A DNA stretch of 19,908 nucleotides from Polyangiaceae bacterium (GTDB lineage Bacteria; Myxococcota_A; Polyangia; Polyangiales; Polyangiaceae), in NCBI GenBank assembly GCA_033763455.1, contig JANRKO010000072.1, positions 1 to 19,908 of the forward strand. Reading direction: 5' to 3'. This document shows, one piece after another, positions 15,206-19,908 of this stretch. The translations under genes were made by a program, and so were the position numbers. The notes under the pieces are model-generated. The model made no database searches. It was not told the origin of the DNA and was given only the letters and a program-made list of their open reading frames with translations. How positions within the stretch are numbered: the first letter of the stretch is position 1; each line of letters starts with the position of its first letter.

Positions 15206-17355
15206 ACGAAAACGAAAACGTGCCCGCGGCACCCGAGGCCACGCCCTCGACGCCCATCCCTCCGCCCGCCCCGCCGCCCACAGATAACCGCACGTCTCCA
15301 GCTTGGGCGGTGCCGCTCTACGTGCTTGGGTTGGCCTTGGTTTACCTCGGGGAGCGCGTCTTCTCGGAGCTCGAAAATGGGCGCTGGTATGCGTCCGGCC
15401 TTGGGCTTTCGGCCGTCGCTATCTCCACGTTTATTCGCTTCTCGCCGCGCTTTCGCATGGGTGGCGCACGCAAAGAGATCGAAAATACGTTGGCGCTGCT
15501 TTCCTTGGCTGGGCTGGCGGGCGTGGTGCTCTACTTCTCCACAACCGATGACGGGATGGCCTTGCTCACTCTCGATCGCCTCGAGCTCCCGGTGCGCGAG
15601 CGCATTACGGGGGTTGTCCGCATCGTCTGGGTCTCTTTGGTTTGGCTCACGTTGGTGCCCATGGTGTTCGCGGAGCTTGCGCTTTACCCCATGCGTCACG
15701 CGGAGCAGCCTGAGAGTCGGCGTGTGCGTGCAGCCGCGGCTTCTGGCCTCATCCTGGCTATGGCGGCCGTTTACGGCGGGCTCTTCGTATTCAGCGCGGA
15801 TGCAGCGGATATCAAAGCTGATTTTTCATACTTCAAGACCTCCAAGCCGAGCGAAGCCACGATCAACGTCGCCAAGAAGATCAAGGGGCCGGTGCGCATC
15901 ATCGGCTTCTTTCCAGAGGTCAATGAGGTAAAAGCTGAGGTTGCGCAGTACCTGAACGCTTTGGTGGTGGGGATCCCAAACATCAAAGTGGAGTTCAAAG
16001 ATCGCTTGCTCTATCCCAAGGTGGCCGAGCAATTCCGCGCCTTCAAAGATGGCGAAATCATTCTAGCCAAGGGCAGCGAGAACGAGAAATTTGACCTGCT
16101 TAATACGGACATCAGCAGTCAATCTACTCGGGATAACCTGAAGAAGCTGGATCAGAAGTTCCAGGAAGTTTTGCTGAAGCTCGTGCGCACACGCCGCACC
16201 GTCTACCTGACGGTTGGCCACGGCGAGATCAACGATGGGGATCGCTCGCTGGGTATCGGTCGCGGTGCTCTAGTGGTGCGCAAGTTGCTCGAGAATCAGA
16301 ACTATGCCGTGAGGGATCTGGGCATCACGCAGGGGCTTGGTAAAGATGTTCCTGAGGATGCGGATGTCGTGCTGGTGTTGGGTCCAGCCGAGCCCTTCGC
16401 ACCCGAAGAGCTCGCGTCCCTGCGTCGCTACGTGGAACGTGGTGGGAAGCTATTGATGGCGCTGGATCCTGACCGCACCACGAATCGACAGTTTGCCCTT
16501 GTAAAAAACGGAGACCCCACGAAAGCGGCGGATGCAACGAAGCCAGGCTCGGCACCCAATGGGGCACCGGAAGGAGACGGGTCTAAGCCCAAAGCTGCGG
16601 AAGCCGGAGCAGCACCCATGGGCGGTGCGGAGGTGCGTGGCTCACTTCAGGAGTTGGCCGAGTTGGCGGGCTTGACCCTAACGCCAGCACTTCTGAACAA
16701 CGCGACTCAACACTTAGCAGCCCGTTATAACAAGAGCGATCAGCTGTTGATGTACACGTCGAGCTTTTCCTCGCACGCGTCGGTTTCAACGCTTAGCCGC
16801 AACGCTCCACGTGCGGCACTTATCGTCGGAGGATCCGGAAGCCTGCAACGCGCCAAGGATGCCAAGGGCGACATCAACTTTACGGTGCGCTCCATGTCCG
16901 GCACCTTCGCCGATGAAAATGGCGACTACACCAAGCAAGATACCGAGAAGGCTGAGGTGTTCAACATGGCCGCTGCGGTCACGTTGGATCTGAGCCCAAA
17001 GCCTGCGCCGAAGCCAGACGACAAAGCTAAATCCGACGACAAATCCAAGGCAACTCAACCTGAAAAGAAAGAGGCTCGGATCTTTGTCTCCGCGGATGCG
17101 GACGTCTACACCGACACCTTCCTGGCGCAATTCAACGCCAATCAGGCCTATCTGTATGACGCCTTCCGCTGGTTGGGTGGAGAAGAAAGCTTTGCCGGTC
17201 AGCAGAGCACCGAAGAGGATGTGCGTATTCAGCACTCGCGCAAGGAAGACACAGCGGTCTTTTACTCCACCATTTTTGGATTCCCCGCGCTGGTACTCGG
17301 CGGGGGCCTGCTTGTCAGTCGTCGGTCACGCCGGCGCATAACGGCGAAGGGTTAA
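15196..17355 (+). CDS. GldG-like ABC auxiliary protein (GIFT/ABC_transp_aux domain) with an N-terminal multi-TM extension and a C-terminal anchor
   Basis: About 5 N-terminal transmembrane segments, VYLTVGHGE, VPEDADVVLVLGP..PF..EEL..LRRYVERGGKLLMALDP, N...LYDAFRWL, C-terminal TM followed by SRRSRRR. Confidence 0.87.
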   Translation: MALNENENVPAAPEATPSTPIPPPAPPPTDNRTSPAWAVPLYVLGLALVYLGERVFSELENGRWYASGLGLSAVAISTFIRFSPRFRMGGARKEIENTLALLSLAGLAGVVLYFSTTDDGMALLTLDRLELPVRERITGVVRIVWVSLVWLTLVPMVFAELALYPMRHAEQPESRRVRAAAASGLILAMAAVYGGLFVFSADAADIKADFSYFKTSKPSEATINVAKKIKGPVRIIGFFPEVNEVKAEVAQYLNALVVGIPNIKVEFKDRLLYPKVAEQFRAFKDGEIILAKGSENEKFDLLNTDISSQSTRDNLKKLDQKFQEVLLKLVRTRRTVYLTVGHGEINDGDRSLGIGRGALVVRKLLENQNYAVRDLGITQGLGKDVPEDADVVLVLGPAEPFAPEELASLRRYVERGGKLLMALDPDRTTNRQFALVKNGDPTKAADATKPGSAPNGAPEGDGSKPKAAEAGAAPMGGAEVRGSLQELAELAGLTLTPALLNNATQHLAARYNKSDQLLMYTSSFSSHASVSTLSRNAPRAALIVGGSGSLQRAKDAKGDINFTVRSMSGTFADENGDYTKQDTEKAEVFNMAAAVTLDLSPKPAPKPDDKAKSDDKSKATQPEKKEARIFVSADADVYTDTFLAQFNANQAYLYDAFRWLGGEESFAGQQSTEEDVRIQHSRKEDTAVFYSTIFGFPALVLGGGLLVSRRSRRRITAKG

Positions 17356-18389
17356 TGATGACGCGCAGTATTGCTCTCCACGCAGCACTTCTGGGAATTG
17401 CCTCCCTGATCTCGCTTTCATTCTGGACACGGGATGAGTTGCCCGCGTCACAGCGCACCGATAAAGTGATGATCTGGGAGGCCACGAGCGAGAGGCTCAC
17501 CGAGATCGGATTCAAGTCCAAAGATCGCAGCGTCAGCCTTTACGCTCGTAAGGATGAGAACGGGCCTTACTTCGAAGGGCGTCACGAATCGCGCGATCCT
17601 TTGCCCGAGGGGCACCCGACGCTCGGCGCCGCGGACAAGGGCAAGGTAAAGAAGGACAAAGCCAAGATCACGCGCTTCATCGCCACGGCGGGTGCGGAAA
17701 CGTTGGCCAAAGATGTGGCACCGCTTTTGGCGCTTCGTCGAATTGGTCGCGTGGATAAGAAGCGTGACGCGGAGTTTGGCTTGGACGCCCCCGACGGCAC
17801 GCTCATCTTCAAGTTTGGCTCGCTCGAACAGAGCCTTGAGGTGGGAGGCCTGGCTCCCGGCGAAGAAGATATCTACGTGCGCTACACCAAGACAGGTGAG
17901 GTGTACGCGGTCAGTCGCGATGTGGTAAATCGCGTACGCTACGCTGACTCTCGCTTGATGGAGCACGCACTCCACGCCTTCAAAGTTCCCGAAGAGAGCC
18001 TCAGCGTGAGGATCGAAAAAGGGGACCGTAAGCGGGATTTGGTGCCCGTAGAGGGTAAAGTCGACGGCTTCGCCGATGCGAGCCAACCTGGCAAGCTCGA
18101 TGAAACCGCCGGCAATTGGATGGCGAGTGTTCGCCGGCTACGGCTCACCGAGTTCGTCGAAAAGCCTGAAAAAGTACCCGGAGCAAGCCAACTCGTGGCT
18201 CGGGTGCGCTACTCCGACAAAGGCAACGAAGTGGGCTTCTTAGAACTCTACAACATGGGTCCCGACGAAGAAGGTGAGACCCAGTACCTTGGGCGCACTG
18301 AGCATAGCCGGTGGTACTTCAAGCTGCTGAAGACGAGTGTTGAGCAGATCGAGCGTGACCTGCCGAGTGTGCTTAGGAACAAGAACTAA
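17355..18389 (+). CDS. DUF4340-like periplasmic protein of the Gld-type ABC operon
   Basis: N-terminal TM anchor; EFGLDAP...L.VGGLAPGEEDIYVR...GEVYAV pattern; 1-bp overlap with the GldG-like stop; typical fourth gene of such operons. Confidence 0.78.
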   Translation: MMTRSIALHAALLGIASLISLSFWTRDELPASQRTDKVMIWEATSERLTEIGFKSKDRSVSLYARKDENGPYFEGRHESRDPLPEGHPTLGAADKGKVKKDKAKITRFIATAGAETLAKDVAPLLALRRIGRVDKKRDAEFGLDAPDGTLIFKFGSLEQSLEVGGLAPGEEDIYVRYTKTGEVYAVSRDVVNRVRYADSRLMEHALHAFKVPEESLSVRIEKGDRKRDLVPVEGKVDGFADASQPGKLDETAGNWMASVRRLRLTEFVEKPEKVPGASQLVARVRYSDKGNEVGFLELYNMGPDEEGETQYLGRTEHSRWYFKLLKTSVEQIERDLPSVLRNKN

Positions 18390-19795
18390 CGCGCGGTAGG
18401 TCCGGTTGGGCCAGCGGCACGCCTGCCGGTACGGAGCGCCATGCCTCCGAACGGCTCCACACGGGGTATTGCCGCGTAGGCCTGATCTAGGAGGGCCTTG
18501 AGCTCAGTTTTCGTCTTCGGATCCTTCTCTGCAAGATCTACGGTTTCGCCAGGATCCTTGTCCAAATTGTAGAGCGATAGCTGGTGGCTGTCGTCGCGGC
18601 TATAGAGCTTGAATGCCCCTTTGATAATGGCTCTGCGGGGTGCGTTGTGGCTATCCTCCGGAAGTTCCAGCAGGATGTAGGGGCGCTCCTCAGGGGGGGC
18701 TTCGCCCGATATTTCAGGCACCAAGCTCTTTCCCATGAACGAAGTGGGTGCGGGGCAGTCCATAAGATCAAGGATGGTGGGCGCGAGATCGAGAATGGAA
18801 CGCCGGGCTAAGATCCTTTTCGGTGGAACCCCCGGAACTTTGATGATGAGTGGAACGTGTGTCAGTACATCCCACAGCTCAAACGCGTGTTTGTACATCT
18901 CGTGTTCGCCAAACGCTTCGCCGTGATCAGCACTCACGATAATAGCCGTGTGTTCGAACCATGGCTGTGTCTTGCACCAATCGAAGAACTTCTTGAGGTA
19001 GCTGTCCGTATAGTAGACCTCTGAATCATAGCGGCCGCGATTGTTGCGACCGAAATCGGGGGATTCAGGGTGTTTTATGTACTTATCATGAGGGTCCATG
19101 TAATGGGCCCAAGCGAAGAATTGGCCCGAGGTGTTTTCCGGTTTCGTTAACAGTTGGATCCCAAGTGCCGTCATCTTGTCGCTGGTAACATGTTCGTCGG
19201 TCTCGCTGTTGAAAGTGATACCGGGCACGATTTGCCATTCGTCAAAGCCTTGGTTGAGCCCTTTGTCTTTGCCAAAGTACATGTGGCCGTGCCAACCAAT
19301 GGTGCGGATCTTGTGCGCTTGAAGGGCCTCGGTGAAAAATACGTTTGCTGGGGAGAAGCTAGCGAAAAAAGAGCCCGAGCGATAAAGCGTGGAGGGGTAG
19401 CGCCCGGTAAGCAAAGAACTAACGCTTTTGGAAGTGTAACTCGACAGTGAGTAAGCACGCTCGTACACCACACTGGATTGTGCGAGTTCCGTGAGAAACG
19501 GCGCAATAGGGCGTGCGTAGCCGGTCCAAGGCATGTCGGCGCGCAGGCTATCGATGGTGATGAGGATTACGTTAAGCGGCGTGCGCGCGGGTGCTTTGGC
19601 GGCAGCTGTTGCCTCTTGGGGCTTCGAGTCGGCATTCTTCAAAGGCTTGGGCGCGGTTTCAGTGTGCGCCCTGGTGGGCGCAGGGGGCGACGGAAGGGGC
19701 TCCGGTTTCCGCGAGCACGCAGCGCTTAGAACCAACAAACCGACGGGCCAGATGTTCGATATGGATCCCATCAAGTAAACACCGGGTGTTGCCAC
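18386..19795 (-). CDS. Sulfatase-like hydrolase/transferase (alkaline-phosphatase superfamily) lipoprotein
   Basis: NVILITIDSLRAD, YTSKSVSSLLTG, WAHYMDPHDKY, YDSEVYYTD, SADHGEAFGEH, HVPLIIKVPG, DLAPTILDL, LYNLDKDPGE. Lipobox LSAAC. RBS TAAGGAG 6 nt before GTG 19795. Its stop overlaps the DUF4340 stop (CTAA). Confidence 0.9.
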   Translation of the reverse strand: MATPGVYLMGSISNIWPVGLLVLSAACSRKPEPLPSPPAPTRAHTETAPKPLKNADSKPQEATAAAKAPARTPLNVILITIDSLRADMPWTGYARPIAPFLTELAQSSVVYERAYSLSSYTSKSVSSLLTGRYPSTLYRSGSFFASFSPANVFFTEALQAHKIRTIGWHGHMYFGKDKGLNQGFDEWQIVPGITFNSETDEHVTSDKMTALGIQLLTKPENTSGQFFAWAHYMDPHDKYIKHPESPDFGRNNRGRYDSEVYYTDSYLKKFFDWCKTQPWFEHTAIIVSADHGEAFGEHEMYKHAFELWDVLTHVPLIIKVPGVPPKRILARRSILDLAPTILDLMDCPAPTSFMGKSLVPEISGEAPPEERPYILLELPEDSHNAPRRAIIKGAFKLYSRDDSHQLSLYNLDKDPGETVDLAEKDPKTKTELKALLDQAYAAIPRVEPFGGMALRTGRRAAGPTGPTAR

Positions 19796-19908
19796 CCGGT
19801 GCTCCTTACAGAACCGGACTTGCGAATTTCCCGCATCCGGCTCTTCGGTTTGTGTTTATTGGAATTGCGTTCGGAGGAAACATCGCGCAGGTCTTGGCCA
19901 AATGGTGG

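Overview
GC-rich chromosomal segment, most likely from a myxobacterium (Myxococcota, Polyangiaceae-like); this is inferred from the DUF1592/DUF1552 pair, the MepA-LysM protein and the Thr-type sulfatase-like lipoprotein. From left to right it holds: the 3' end and right terminus of an IS4-family transposase (missing from the ORF track); an intergenic 18-bp G/T-rich tandem repeat (9 full copies); a minus-strand operon yihY-rimB-like protease-rimK, where RimK carries a fused TrkA_C/RCK_C domain and a tail ending in DSE; a DUF1592-family CxxCH lipoprotein with a Tat-exported DUF1552 partner and a small membrane protein; a VOC protein and a MepA-like murein endopeptidase with LysM; pdxH; htpG; an orphan cytochrome oxidase subunit III behind queG; a GldA/GldF/GldG-like ABC system with a DUF4340 gene; and a sulfatase-superfamily lipoprotein that lacks the formylglycine motif. 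I found no CRISPR array, rRNA or tRNA. The best candidates for new biology are the RimK-RCK_C/RimB module with its S6-like tail and the divergent DUF1592/DUF1552 pair. All family calls come from motif recognition by eye, not database searches.
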